This document shows, piece by piece, positions 56,261 through 64,000 of a stretch of 64,000 bases of DNA. This stretch comes from Patescibacteria group bacterium (GTDB lineage Bacteria > Patescibacteriota > Patescibacteriia > JAHJFT01), in contig JAQTTB010000001.1 of the NCBI GenBank assembly GCA_028710985.1, positions 295,397 through 359,396 of the forward strand, written 5' to 3'. How positions within the stretch are numbered: the first letter of the stretch is position 1; each line of letters begins with the position of its first letter. The translations under genes and the position numbers were made by a program. The notes beneath the pieces are model-generated. The model did not search any database, was not told the origin of the DNA, and worked only from the letters and a program-made list of their open reading frames with translations.

Positions 56261-57337
56261 ATGGCAAACTCAAATTCCATGAAAAATGAATCAGTCCGCG
56301 CGAAATTCGAGTGCCGCGCCGAGATCATTGACGCAATCCGCGCCTTTTTTAAAGGTCGCGGCTATCTTGAGGTGGAAACACCCAAGGTCGTTGCGTTCCC
56401 CGGCCAGGAGCCAAATCTTGTTTCGTTTGAAACCGCGGTTCTGGACGAACGTGGAAAAAGTTTCTCTGGATATCTTATCACCTCACCCGAGTTTTCCATA
56501 AAGAAAATGCTTTCGGCAGGTTTTACCAAGGTTTTTGAAATGGGAAAATGCTTCCGCAACGGCGAGCCCTGGGGTGGTGATCACAATCCGGAATTTACCA
56601 TGCTCGAGTGGTACGCGTGCGGTATGGATTACCGGGGACTCATGGATGAAACCGAAGAGCTGGTTTGCGCCGTTAATCAGAAAATCAATAATTCCGAGAA
56701 AATTCAATATCAGGGACGGACCGTGAATCTCGCGCGGCCCTGGACCCGGATGAGCGTGGCCGAAGCGTTTAAGAAATGGACCAGTATTGATCTTGCGGCG
56801 AATCTTGAAGCCAATCGGCTCGCCGAGCGCGCCCGCGAAATCGGAATTGAGGTAACCGAGAGCGACAGCCTTAGTGACATTTTTTTCAAAATATTCTTAT
56901 CGCGCATTGAAACCGAGTTTCCCAAGGACGCGCCATTGATTCTGTATGATTATCCCACGGCCTTGGGTGCTCTGGCGCGTCGGCGCAGTGATGACCCGCG
57001 TTTTGCCGAGCGGTTTGAAGTGTACATCGCCGGCATGGAGCTTGCGAACGCCTTTTCCGAGCTCACCGATCCGGTTGAACAGAGGCAGAGATTCTTGGCG
57101 GAACAGGAAGAGCGTGGGCGCAACAATCTCCCGGTTTATCCGATTGACGAAGACTTCCTTTCCGCGCTTGCAACCCTTCCGCCGTCCGCCGGCATCGCTC
57201 TCGGCGTCGACCGGCTGGTTATGCTGCTTCTTGACGCCGCGGATATCAATGACGTGATCGCTTTCGGGGCCGGAGACATATTTAGTCAAAAGTCTAAAGT
57301 TAAAAGTCAAGTCCAAAGTCATCGAGTTCAATCTTAA
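56261..57337 (+). CDS. epmA: EF-P lysine beta-lysyltransferase EpmA (class II lysyl-tRNA-synthetase paralog lacking anticodon-binding domain)
   Basis: Class II aaRS motifs: motif 1 region AIRAFFKGRGYLEVETP; motif 2 FEMGKCFRNGE; motif 3 GIALGVDRLVMLL. No N-terminal OB anticodon domain. The start is moved to ATG 56261 because the track start (56249) is a TTG inside the terminator hairpin. The last about 19 codons (SQKSKVKSQVQSHRVQS) are encoded by the left inverted-repeat arm of cassette D. Confidence 0.65.
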   Translation: MANSNSMKNESVRAKFECRAEIIDAIRAFFKGRGYLEVETPKVVAFPGQEPNLVSFETAVLDERGKSFSGYLITSPEFSIKKMLSAGFTKVFEMGKCFRNGEPWGGDHNPEFTMLEWYACGMDYRGLMDETEELVCAVNQKINNSEKIQYQGRTVNLARPWTRMSVAEAFKKWTSIDLAANLEANRLAERAREIGIEVTESDSLSDIFFKIFLSRIETEFPKDAPLILYDYPTALGALARRRSDDPRFAERFEVYIAGMELANAFSELTDPVEQRQRFLAEQEERGRNNLPVYPIDEDFLSALATLPPSAGIALGVDRLVMLLLDAADINDVIAFGAGDIFSQKSKVKSQVQSHRVQS

Positions 57338-57790
57338 ATCCAATATGGCAAGCAATAAGGAATTTAGCGACCAGTTCAAAAGAAGAATATATAAGTTTAT
57401 TCTGGACTTAATAAAATATACCGATACCCTAGCGCAAGATAATTCACTCTGCCGCGTCGCGACCAACCAGCTACTGCGATGCGGAACAAGCGTCGGCGCT
57501 AACTATATAGAAGCCATCGCGAGCGCCTCAAGAAAAGAATTCACCAACTTTTTATCAATTTCGCTGAAATCAGCAAACGAAACAAAATTTTGGCTTGCTC
57601 TCTTACGGGATTCCAATCGGGGAAGCACCGATGAAATAAACAAGCTCTTAAAAGAAATCATGGAAATATCAAACATGCTCGGTTCCAGTATCCGGACATT
57701 GAGAGTAAAGTGATTGGACTAATAAACTTTAAACTTGACTTAAGATTTTTAACTTTTGACTTTAGACTAAACGGGTCGGCTTGACTTTGC
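57281..57790 (+). mobile_element. IVS-like cassette D: four-helix-bundle gene enclosed by AGTC/AAAG-type inverted repeats (left TTTAGTCAAAAGTCTAAAGTTAAAAGTCAAGTCCAAAGTC, right GACTAATAAACTTTAAACTTGACTTAAGATTTTTAACTTTTGACTTTAGACTA)
   Basis: Arms at 57281-57320 (overlapping the epmA 3' end) and 57716-57770 are reverse-complementary low-complexity sequence. The gene start and stop abut the arms. Confidence 0.6.
57345..57713 (+). CDS. four-helix-bundle protein (23S rRNA intervening-sequence protein family)
   Basis: 122 aa. ...YKFILDLIKYTDTLAQDNSLCRVATNQLLRCGTSVGANYIEAIASASRKEFTNFLSISLKSANETKFWLALL matches the 48379-48747 paralog (GSVGANYIEA core). Confidence 0.8.
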   Translation: MASNKEFSDQFKRRIYKFILDLIKYTDTLAQDNSLCRVATNQLLRCGTSVGANYIEAIASASRKEFTNFLSISLKSANETKFWLALLRDSNRGSTDEINKLLKEIMEISNMLGSSIRTLRVK

Positions 57791-57845
57791 ACATGATTGA
57801 TTGTATAACTTTCTTAAATTAATAATATTTCTATATTTTTATCGT

Positions 57846-58412
57846 ATGGCTTCAACCTCGGAAATAAAAAAAGGCGCGGTTCTCAAATTCAAAGACGACC
57901 TTTGGCTTGTTACCGAATTCCAGCATATCAATCCGGGCAAGGGAAGCGCGTTTGTGCGCACGCGGCTCAAAAATATTAAAACCGGAAAAAGCCTGGAGAA
58001 TACTTTTAAAGTCTCCGAATCGGTCGATATCGAGGAGCTCACGCGAAAAAACATGAATTATCTTTATGCCGATGCCGGACAATATAATTTCATGGACCCG
58101 GTATCCTATGAACAGATTTCTTTGGGCGCCGATGTACTCGGGGATACGGCGCGCTTTCTCAAGGAAAATCTCGAGGTCATGATTCTCTACCATAACGACG
58201 CTCCGGTCACGGTTGAGATTCCCAAAAAAATTACCTATAAGATAGTTGAGGCCATGCCGGCCGTGAAGGGCGATACCGCTTCGGGAAATGTTACCAAGGA
58301 AGTTGTTTTGGAAAACGGGCTCAATGTCCAGGCGCCGCTTTTCATCAATCAGGGAGAAAGCATTGTGATAAATACCGACACCGGTGAATACGTTGAACGG
58401 GCTAAGTCGTAA
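57846..58412 (+). CDS. efp: elongation factor P
   Basis: Start at MASTSEIKKG (the longer ORF start at 57801 is an N-terminal artefact). The KOW-like N-domain holds the conserved modification loop NPGKGSAFVRTRLKN. Three-domain length is 188 aa. Confidence 0.9.
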   Translation: MASTSEIKKGAVLKFKDDLWLVTEFQHINPGKGSAFVRTRLKNIKTGKSLENTFKVSESVDIEELTRKNMNYLYADAGQYNFMDPVSYEQISLGADVLGDTARFLKENLEVMILYHNDAPVTVEIPKKITYKIVEAMPAVKGDTASGNVTKEVVLENGLNVQAPLFINQGESIVINTDTGEYVERAKS

Positions 58413-58436
58413 TTCAATATAACAAAAACACCCTGG

Positions 58437-58474
58437 CCTGCCTGCCGGTAGGCAGGTTACCCGGGGTGTTTTTT
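58437..58474. terminator. REP-like palindrome CCTGCCTGCCGGTAGGCAGG plus T-run; bidirectional terminator between efp and recA
   Basis: Same palindrome family as 2317, 6340 and 9385. Followed by GGTGTTTTTTATTTT. Confidence 0.55.
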
Positions 58475-58486
58475 ATTTTATTGTCA

Positions 58487-59515
58487 CTAGTCCTTTTCCG
58501 GTGCCTTTGCTTTCACCTGCTCCCAAATATCTTTTCCAATTTTATCCATAAGTTTCGGGTCGCCCTTGAGAAACAGTTTGGCCGTTTCGCGGCCAACGCC
58601 AAGCTTGATTTCGCCGTAGGCGTAGGAGTTGCCGGATTTTTGAATAATGCCGTAGGCAATGCCTGTGTCCAAGAGATCTCCGGGAATTGAAATACCTTCG
58701 TTGTACATGATATCAAATTCCGTGGCGCGAAACGGCGGCGCGACTTTGTTCTTGACGATTTTTGCTTTGACGCGGTTGCCGATGATTGTTTCGCCCTGCT
58801 TGATCTGCGCGGCGCGCCGCACTTCAATGCGCACCGAGCTGTAAAACTTAAGCGCGTTGCCGCCGGTCGTGGTTTCCGGATTGCCGAACATGACGCCGAT
58901 TTTGTGGCGGATCTGGTTTATAAAAATTACGATTGTCCGGCTCTTTGAAACAATGCCGGCAAGCTTCCGGAGGGCCTGGCTCATGAGGCGGGCCTGCAGT
59001 CCGATGTGTTGATCGCCCATGTCTCCTTCTATTTCCGCTCGCGGAGTGAGCGCCGCCACGGAATCAATCACTATTACATCAACCGCGTTTGAACGCACGA
59101 GCGTCTCAACAATCTCAAGCGCCTGTTCGCCGGTGTCGGGCTGTGAAATCAAAAGATCATTAATTTTTACGCCGATGCGTTTTGCATAATCCGGATCCAG
59201 CGCGTGCTCGGCATCCACGAACGCGGCAATTCCGCCGCGCTTCTGCACTTCGGCGACAATGTGCTGCGCGAGTGTGGTTTTACCCGATGCCTCGGGTCCA
59301 AAGATCTCGATAATGCGGCCATGCGGCACGCCGCCGACACCGAGCGCGATATCGAGCGAAATGCTGCCCGTGGGCACGGTTTCCACCTGCATGCTCTTGG
59401 CCTCACCAAGCTTCATGATCGAGCCTTCGCCGAAACGGCTCTTGATCTGGCTTACCGCCTCCGAAGCGGCGTTTTGTTTTTCATCCTGCCCCTCCCGTTC
59501 CTTGTCTTTAGCCAT
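58487..59515 (-). CDS. recA: recombinase RecA
   Basis: 342 aa. Walker [10 protein letters not shown]. Loop L1/L2 and MAW-equivalent region. Highly canonical ([33 protein letters not shown]). Confidence 0.95.
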   Translation of the reverse strand: MAKDKEREGQDEKQNAASEAVSQIKSRFGEGSIMKLGEAKSMQVETVPTGSISLDIALGVGGVPHGRIIEIFGPEASGKTTLAQHIVAEVQKRGGIAAFVDAEHALDPDYAKRIGVKINDLLISQPDTGEQALEIVETLVRSNAVDVIVIDSVAALTPRAEIEGDMGDQHIGLQARLMSQALRKLAGIVSKSRTIVIFINQIRHKIGVMFGNPETTTGGNALKFYSSVRIEVRRAAQIKQGETIIGNRVKAKIVKNKVAPPFRATEFDIMYNEGISIPGDLLDTGIAYGIIQKSGNSYAYGEIKLGVGRETAKLFLKGDPKLMDKIGKDIWEQVKAKAPEKD

Positions 59516-59531
59516 ACTAATTTATAATTAA

Positions 59532-60224
59532 TTAATCTTCGTTTGATTCCATTATTATTTTTTTGTATACGGTTACGGCGCGGCTATGCCGTTTCCAGGC
59601 TTCAATGGTAACAATATTGAGGCCCCTTTGCAAATCCAGGGTATGGTTGAAGCGGCCTTCGCTGTCCGTGACCACCGCCTGGTCGTTGATTTTTACCAAT
59701 GCCTCGGCGTCGGTTTTGCCCTGAATTTCCGCCTGCGCGCGAACCGTGACAAAATCATCCGGCGGAGCGGTAACGATAAGGGAAGGCGGGCGGAGAAGCG
59801 CGTTGATCTGCCAGCCGAGATATCCGATAATCGCGAGGCCGGCGATGCTTACCAAAAATATTTTTATGAGTCGCGGCGCCACAATCAGATGGCTCGGCCG
59901 CAGCGTGCCAGATGCCGGCCGATGCCCCGTTTTTCCCTGCACCTTTGCCGCGAGATTCCACTCGTGTTCAAATAATGGTATGAATTTTGCTTCCTTAAGG
60001 CCGAGAGCGCGGAGATAGGCGCGCAAATAATTTTTTGAATAAAGTATTTCCGGAAGTTCGGAAAAATCATTTTTTTCAAACGCGACAATAAATTTTTCCT
60101 GAAGGCCGGCGCGTTCGGCGGCTTCGGCCGTCGAGAGTCCGCGCCGTTCACGCCATGACGCGAGCTCCTGGCCGAGCGTCGGCATAACGTCAATAGTTTT
60201 GATGCGAAAAGCCGGCATGGGCAA
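59532..60224 (-). CDS. RodZ-like cytoskeleton protein (N-terminal XRE-type HTH, single TM helix, C-terminal beta domain)
   Basis: 230 aa. HTH region LGQELASWRERRGLSTAEAAERAGLQEKFIVAFE. TM helix IKIFLVSIAGLAIIGYLGW. C-terminal DUF4115-like domain. Confidence 0.5.
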   Translation of the reverse strand: MPMPAFRIKTIDVMPTLGQELASWRERRGLSTAEAAERAGLQEKFIVAFEKNDFSELPEILYSKNYLRAYLRALGLKEAKFIPLFEHEWNLAAKVQGKTGHRPASGTLRPSHLIVAPRLIKIFLVSIAGLAIIGYLGWQINALLRPPSLIVTAPPDDFVTVRAQAEIQGKTDAEALVKINDQAVVTDSEGRFNHTLDLQRGLNIVTIEAWKRHSRAVTVYKKIIMESNED

Positions 60225-60260
60225 AAAAATAAAAAATCAAATCTCAAATCTCAAAAATAT

Positions 60261-62747
60261 TTAATCCTGATCGTTTTTTCGTCCCCAGCCCGTCTCGTCA
60301 TCTGATGGCACATAGGCGCTCGGTTCTTCTTTAGCCTCATCCTCCTCAGCATCCTCCTCGGATTCTCCCGGCTCATTCTCGGCTTCTTCTTCCACTTCTT
60401 TTTCCTCACTTTCCTCTTCCTCCACCTCTTCTTCTTCCGCCTCTTCTTCTTCGGCTTGTTCCGTTGTTCCATTGTTCTGTTGTTCGGTTGCTATATTGTT
60501 CTCTTGTTCTTTCGTTGGCTCATCTTCCGCCGTCTCCTCGGAAACTTCTTCCGAATCCAGCGGCGCGCCGCCTAAGTCTTCAAGATCGTCTAGGGAGTTA
60601 ATCAAAAGTTCGCGCGGTTTTGCGCCGTCGCCCGGGCCGATAATGCCCTGCTCTTCCATGAGATCCAAAAGTCTTGCCGCGCGTGCGTAACCGACTTTGA
60701 GCCGGCGCTGCAGGAGCGAGGCCGAAGCCTTCTTGGCCTGGAAAATCGCTTCAACCGCTTCTGGCATAAGCGGATCACCGTCGCCGTCGCTTGAAAAAAT
60801 CGTGCCGCCGGCGGTGCCTTTTTCGGTTACGGTTTCATCATAAGACGCGGGCGCATATTTTTCTTTGATAAACGACACTACGTTCCTGATTTCCTGGTCC
60901 GTAACAAACGCGCCCTGGAGCCGACGCGGCTTTGATATTTCTGCGGATGTAAAAAGCATGTCGCCGCGGCCGAGAAGTTTTTCCGCGCCCGAGGTGTCCA
61001 GAATGGTGCGTGAATCCATGAGCGATGCTACGGCAAACGCGATGCGCGCCGGAAAGTTGGCCTTGATGAGGCCGGTGATAACATCAACCGACGGACGCTG
61101 GGTCGCGAGAATGAGGTGGATGCCGACCGCGCGCGCCATCTGGGCCAAGCGGATGATGCTCGCCTCAACCTCCGAGGCTGCCGCGGTCATAAGATCCGCG
61201 AGTTCGTCAATGACGATTATAATATACGGCAGTTTTTCCTGATGCCCGGAATTATAAGTTCCGATGTCGCGCGCGCCGCACTTGGAAAGAATATCAAAGC
61301 GTTTTTCCATTTCGCGGATCGCCCATTTGAATGCATTCACGGTTTTATGGACATCGGTGACAACCGGCGTCAAGAGGTGCGGCAATCCGTTATAAACCGG
61401 AAGCTCAACGCGCTTTGGGTCGATCAAAATGAATTTTAATTCATCCGGGCTGTTCTGAAAGAGGAGGCTCATGATGATGGCGTTAAGGCAGACGGTTTTG
61501 CCCGAACCGGTTGAGCCGGCGACTAGAAGATGGGGCATGCGCGCGATGTCGGCCAGGTGCGGCGCGCCGGAAACGTCCTTGCCGAGGGCGATATAGGTGT
61601 TGCTTTTTCGTCCGCGAAATTCGCGTGTATCAAGAATCTGCCGGAGCCGCACGGTGGCGATGCTTTGGTTCGGAACTTCAATGCCGACAAGTGATTTGCC
61701 CGGAATCGGCGCCTCGATGCGGATTGGGTGCGCCGCTAAGGCGAGCGCGAGATCATTAGTGAGCGCGGTAATTCGGGTGAGCTTTACACCCTCCGTCGGT
61801 TTCAGCGTATATTGTGTCACCGTCGGTCCGATCGCGATGTCGCCCATTTCAACCTGCACGCCAAAGTCGGCGAGCGTTTTGCGGATAATTTCCTGCCGTG
61901 CCTTGATGTCCCCGGCCGTGGGTTTGCCGGCTTCGGCCGAAAGAAGATCGAACGGAATATCGATCTTGGCGCGCACGCGCGTCGGCGCGGCCGAAGGCAA
62001 GTGCTCTTCCGGGGGCTTTATTATTCTTTCAATTCTATTTTTAATAATTTTTTTCGCGAATCCGGGATCGTATTCGCCCTGGTCATTGATGACTTCGGGC
62101 GCGCCGATTTCCGATTCGGTTTCATCCGAAAATTTAGCCGTGCGTTCGGAGCGTTTGAAAAGAAAACCGATTGGTTTGAAGATTGAGAAAATTGCGGTGA
62201 ACATCCGGCCCACGATTGTGCCTGCGGCCATGAGATGCTGGATGTAGGTATTCAAAAGGAAAAGAATTGAAACCCCGGTCAAGGCGACGGTTAGTACGAG
62301 CGCGCCCCAAAAGCCGGTGAGTCCGAGAAACGGGCTCGCAACTAAAAGTCCGATCATGCCGCCGGCCGTGGCGAGTTCCTCGGCCGTAAAATCTTCGTTT
62401 CCAAAAACCAGCACATGCACAAGTGCGTTGAAAAATAGGAAAAATAAAACAACGCCCACCCAGTTGGTGGCGTTGACGCGGAGTTTTCCGGGCGCAAATA
62501 TCACATAGGCGATCACGGCCATGATCACGGGTATTAAAATCCGATCCCAGCCAAAGGCGTCACGCAGAAAATCATTGATTTTTACCCCAAAAGAGCCCGC
62601 TAAGTTGAAGATGCTCAGGGCGATAATCAGAGTGGTTGCAAGGAGCGCGATAATCGCGATGCCGCGTCGGGTCTCCGGCGTCAGATGCCAATGAAATTTT
62701 TGGTGCTTTTCGCCCCGGTTTCCGTTGATTTTTTTTCTTTTTTTCAT
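60261..62747 (-). CDS. ftsK: DNA translocase FtsK/SpoIIIE with long acidic C-terminal tail
   Basis: 828 aa. N-terminal 4-5 TM helices. Motor domain: Walker A VAGSTGSGKTV and Walker B IIVIDELADL. Gamma domain LLQRRLKVGYARAARLLDLMEEQGIIG. About 110 aa of Glu-rich low complexity follow (…EQENNIATEQQNNGTTEQAEEEEAEEEEVEEEE…). Confidence 0.9.
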   Translation of the reverse strand: MKKRKKINGNRGEKHQKFHWHLTPETRRGIAIIALLATTLIIALSIFNLAGSFGVKINDFLRDAFGWDRILIPVIMAVIAYVIFAPGKLRVNATNWVGVVLFFLFFNALVHVLVFGNEDFTAEELATAGGMIGLLVASPFLGLTGFWGALVLTVALTGVSILFLLNTYIQHLMAAGTIVGRMFTAIFSIFKPIGFLFKRSERTAKFSDETESEIGAPEVINDQGEYDPGFAKKIIKNRIERIIKPPEEHLPSAAPTRVRAKIDIPFDLLSAEAGKPTAGDIKARQEIIRKTLADFGVQVEMGDIAIGPTVTQYTLKPTEGVKLTRITALTNDLALALAAHPIRIEAPIPGKSLVGIEVPNQSIATVRLRQILDTREFRGRKSNTYIALGKDVSGAPHLADIARMPHLLVAGSTGSGKTVCLNAIIMSLLFQNSPDELKFILIDPKRVELPVYNGLPHLLTPVVTDVHKTVNAFKWAIREMEKRFDILSKCGARDIGTYNSGHQEKLPYIIIVIDELADLMTAAASEVEASIIRLAQMARAVGIHLILATQRPSVDVITGLIKANFPARIAFAVASLMDSRTILDTSGAEKLLGRGDMLFTSAEISKPRRLQGAFVTDQEIRNVVSFIKEKYAPASYDETVTEKGTAGGTIFSSDGDGDPLMPEAVEAIFQAKKASASLLQRRLKVGYARAARLLDLMEEQGIIGPGDGAKPRELLINSLDDLEDLGGAPLDSEEVSEETAEDEPTKEQENNIATEQQNNGTTEQAEEEEAEEEEVEEEESEEKEVEEEAENEPGESEEDAEEDEAKEEPSAYVPSDDETGWGRKNDQD

Positions 62748-62811
62748 GTTATTTTTCGCCTAATTTACCCATAAATTATACCATTTTTTCAACCCTCGGT
62801 CAACGATAAAC

Positions 62812-62840
62812 AAAAAACCAGATAATCTATCTGGTTTTTT
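62812..62840. terminator. bidirectional terminator AAAAAACCAGATAATCTATCTGGTTTTTT
   Basis: 10 bp stem CCAGATAGAT-type palindrome flanked by A6 and T6. Confidence 0.55.
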
Positions 62841-62844
62841 GCGG

Positions 62845-63003
62845 TTCTGCATTTGAAGCTGCGTCACGGGGCCAAGCAAGTTTTGTCGAGTCAAAGGTTG
62901 GAAAGCGTAGAGGAGAGAGATTTATCCCGACAAAGTCAGGATAACGCTTCTAACACTCCGATCTGACAGAAGCTTACCCCGCTTCGCAGCTTTAAAGGCA
63001 GAA
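62845..63003. ncRNA. candidate structured RNA (about 160 nt) closed by a 19 bp terminal stem (TTCTGCATTTGAAGCTGCG / CGCAGCTTTAAAGGCAGAA, 2 mismatches), adjacent to an intrinsic terminator
   Basis: The terminal arms at 62845-62863 and 62985-63003 pair. Internal partial pairings include CGGGGCCAAGC/GCTTACCCCG. No ORF of any length crosses the region. Its class (6S-like, other sRNA, or 3' UTR structure) is undetermined. Confidence 0.25.
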
Positions 63004-63262
63004 CTCGGACTGCGGTTAGTAATATTAATTTAATACAGATTTTGGTCTCTGTCAACCGCGGAATATTCTCACGACAAGCTATATTCAGGATTCAAGATTT
63101 TTGAATGCTGGATATAGCCGGCCTGATGAATTTTTTAGGTTCAACAGGCCGAGAAAGGGTGCGGCCCGGGAGCGGACGGCTCAAGGTCACAATGGCCGAA
63201 CCGTCCGCTCAACCAGGCCAGCGAGGCTCAAAGTCGGCAGAGTTCGCCAACGAGCCTTGCTC

Positions 63263-63553
63263 TCACTCCGGGCTTGCGAGATCTGAATCGCTAATCGCCA
63301 GCCGCGGTTTTGGCCGATATCCGCGGGAAAGATCCCGGTGCTTGATGGCCATCTCCAGGTCCATCAGCCCCTTGTCCCTCTCCACGTTCTCGCAGAGCTC
63401 GCAGACCGGTCGCAAGGACAGTTTCTTTCCGTTGTAGCGAACTAGGTAGGCCTTGCGAATCACCGGCTCGGAGAAGTCCGGGTTTTTCTTCCGTTCATCC
63501 TCAACCGCGAGATCGTGCGTCTCGCAGGTGCAATATATGAGTTCGTCGCACAT
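63263..63553 (-). CDS. hypothetical small zinc-ribbon protein
   Basis: 96 aa. Cys pairs CDELIYCTC and CELCENV suggest a C4 zinc ribbon. No further similarity recognised. Confidence 0.35.
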   Translation of the reverse strand: MCDELIYCTCETHDLAVEDERKKNPDFSEPVIRKAYLVRYNGKKLSLRPVCELCENVERDKGLMDLEMAIKHRDLSRGYRPKPRLAISDSDLASPE

Positions 63554-63566
63554 GGCTAGTACCTCC

Positions 63567-63690
63567 TACTTCTATATGCCAAATGTCAGATGTTAGATGT
63601 CAAATCTTATGTTAAATGTCAAAGCTTAAATTGTAGATTTAAGATTCATCTTTGACATATAACATTTGACATTTGACCTTGAAAAGTTCA
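63567..63690. repeat. iteron-like low-complexity inverted repeat (ATGTCAGATGTTAGATGTCAAATCTTATGTTAAATGTCAAAG ... CTTTGACATATAACATTTGACATTTGAC)
   Basis: The two arms are near-perfect reverse complements built from (A/G)ATGTCA(A/G)A units, separated by about 25 nt. It lies immediately upstream of the minus-strand gene at 63263-63553. It resembles the empty cassette hairpins. Confidence 0.45.
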
Positions 63691-63806
63691 CATCAGCCGC
63701 CGATTTTCATCAGCGTCTAATGATCGGGCACAACTGATTCAGGGGATGAATCATTATGTTGTGCCAAGTTGAAGTGGAAGAACTGTGAACGGTGGGAAGA
63801 ACCGGA

Positions 63807-64000
63807 TCAGGCCGCCGAGCTGGCGGTTTCGGGCTCCTCGATCTCCCCCTGGGCGCCTGCGGCCGCCTTGCGGGCCTTCTTTCCGTTCGGTCGCGGCTGG
63901 CGCGGGTTCCCTCCGGAGGTCCTGTCGAGCTCGGCCTTGGCGAGCGCCTTGGCTACGCGTTCCGCCTTTGCCGCCTTTTTTGCCGCCTTGGTTGCATCGC
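63807..64000 (-). CDS. partial CDS (C-terminal end only): Lys/Ala-rich basic protein tail; gene continues beyond window end
   Basis: The minus-strand frame is open from the window edge to TGA (63807-63809). It translates ...DATKAAKKAAKAERVAKALAKAELDRTSGGNPRQPRPNGKKARKAAAGAQGEIEEPETASSAA. GC-rich. Identity not determinable. Confidence 0.3.
   Translation of the reverse strand, partial: DATKAAKKAAKAERVAKALAKAELDRTSGGNPRQPRPNGKKARKAAAGAQGEIEEPETASSAA

Overview
This 64 kb window reads as a bacterial chromosomal segment near the replication origin. It carries the rpmH-rnpA-yidD and dnaA-dnaN genes plus a dense housekeeping set: PBP1A, polA, holA, rpsT, rmuC, ychF, rpsF-ssb-rpsR, epmA-efp, recA, a rodZ-like gene and ftsK. 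It also holds one tRNA-Ala(GGC) and two paralogous Wzy_C/O-antigen-ligase-like membrane proteins with C-terminal TPR domains. The middle third, about 18.3-47.8 kb, is accessory. It has a strong sigma70 promoter preceded by two perfect DnaA boxes. Two paralogous secreted proteins share a C-terminal YYVTA(N/Q)F motif. Next come a DUF916-like surface protein and an FN3-repeat protein ending in a tandem dockerin. A cohesin-like membrane protein with three CarbopepD_reg-like domains follows. A single 16.4 kb gene encodes a 5476 aa repeat-rich adhesin-like protein. The accessory region ends in a GC-rich island of three lipoprotein genes with consensus promoters and a conserved 3' motif. The most unusual structure is four genes for four-helix-bundle proteins (the 23S rRNA intervening-sequence protein family). 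Each sits inside its own long low-complexity inverted repeat, so each is a hairpin-embedded cassette. These lie between ordinary genes rather than in rRNA, and empty hairpins of the same repeat family occur nearby. The window also contains several GC-rich palindrome (REP-like) families and a RAYT-type IS200-like transposase with REP palindromes inside and after its ORF. The lineage looks like a small-genome uncultured bacterium, possibly Patescibacteria-like, but that is inference from gene content only. All calls come from reading the sequence and ORF translations; no database search was run.
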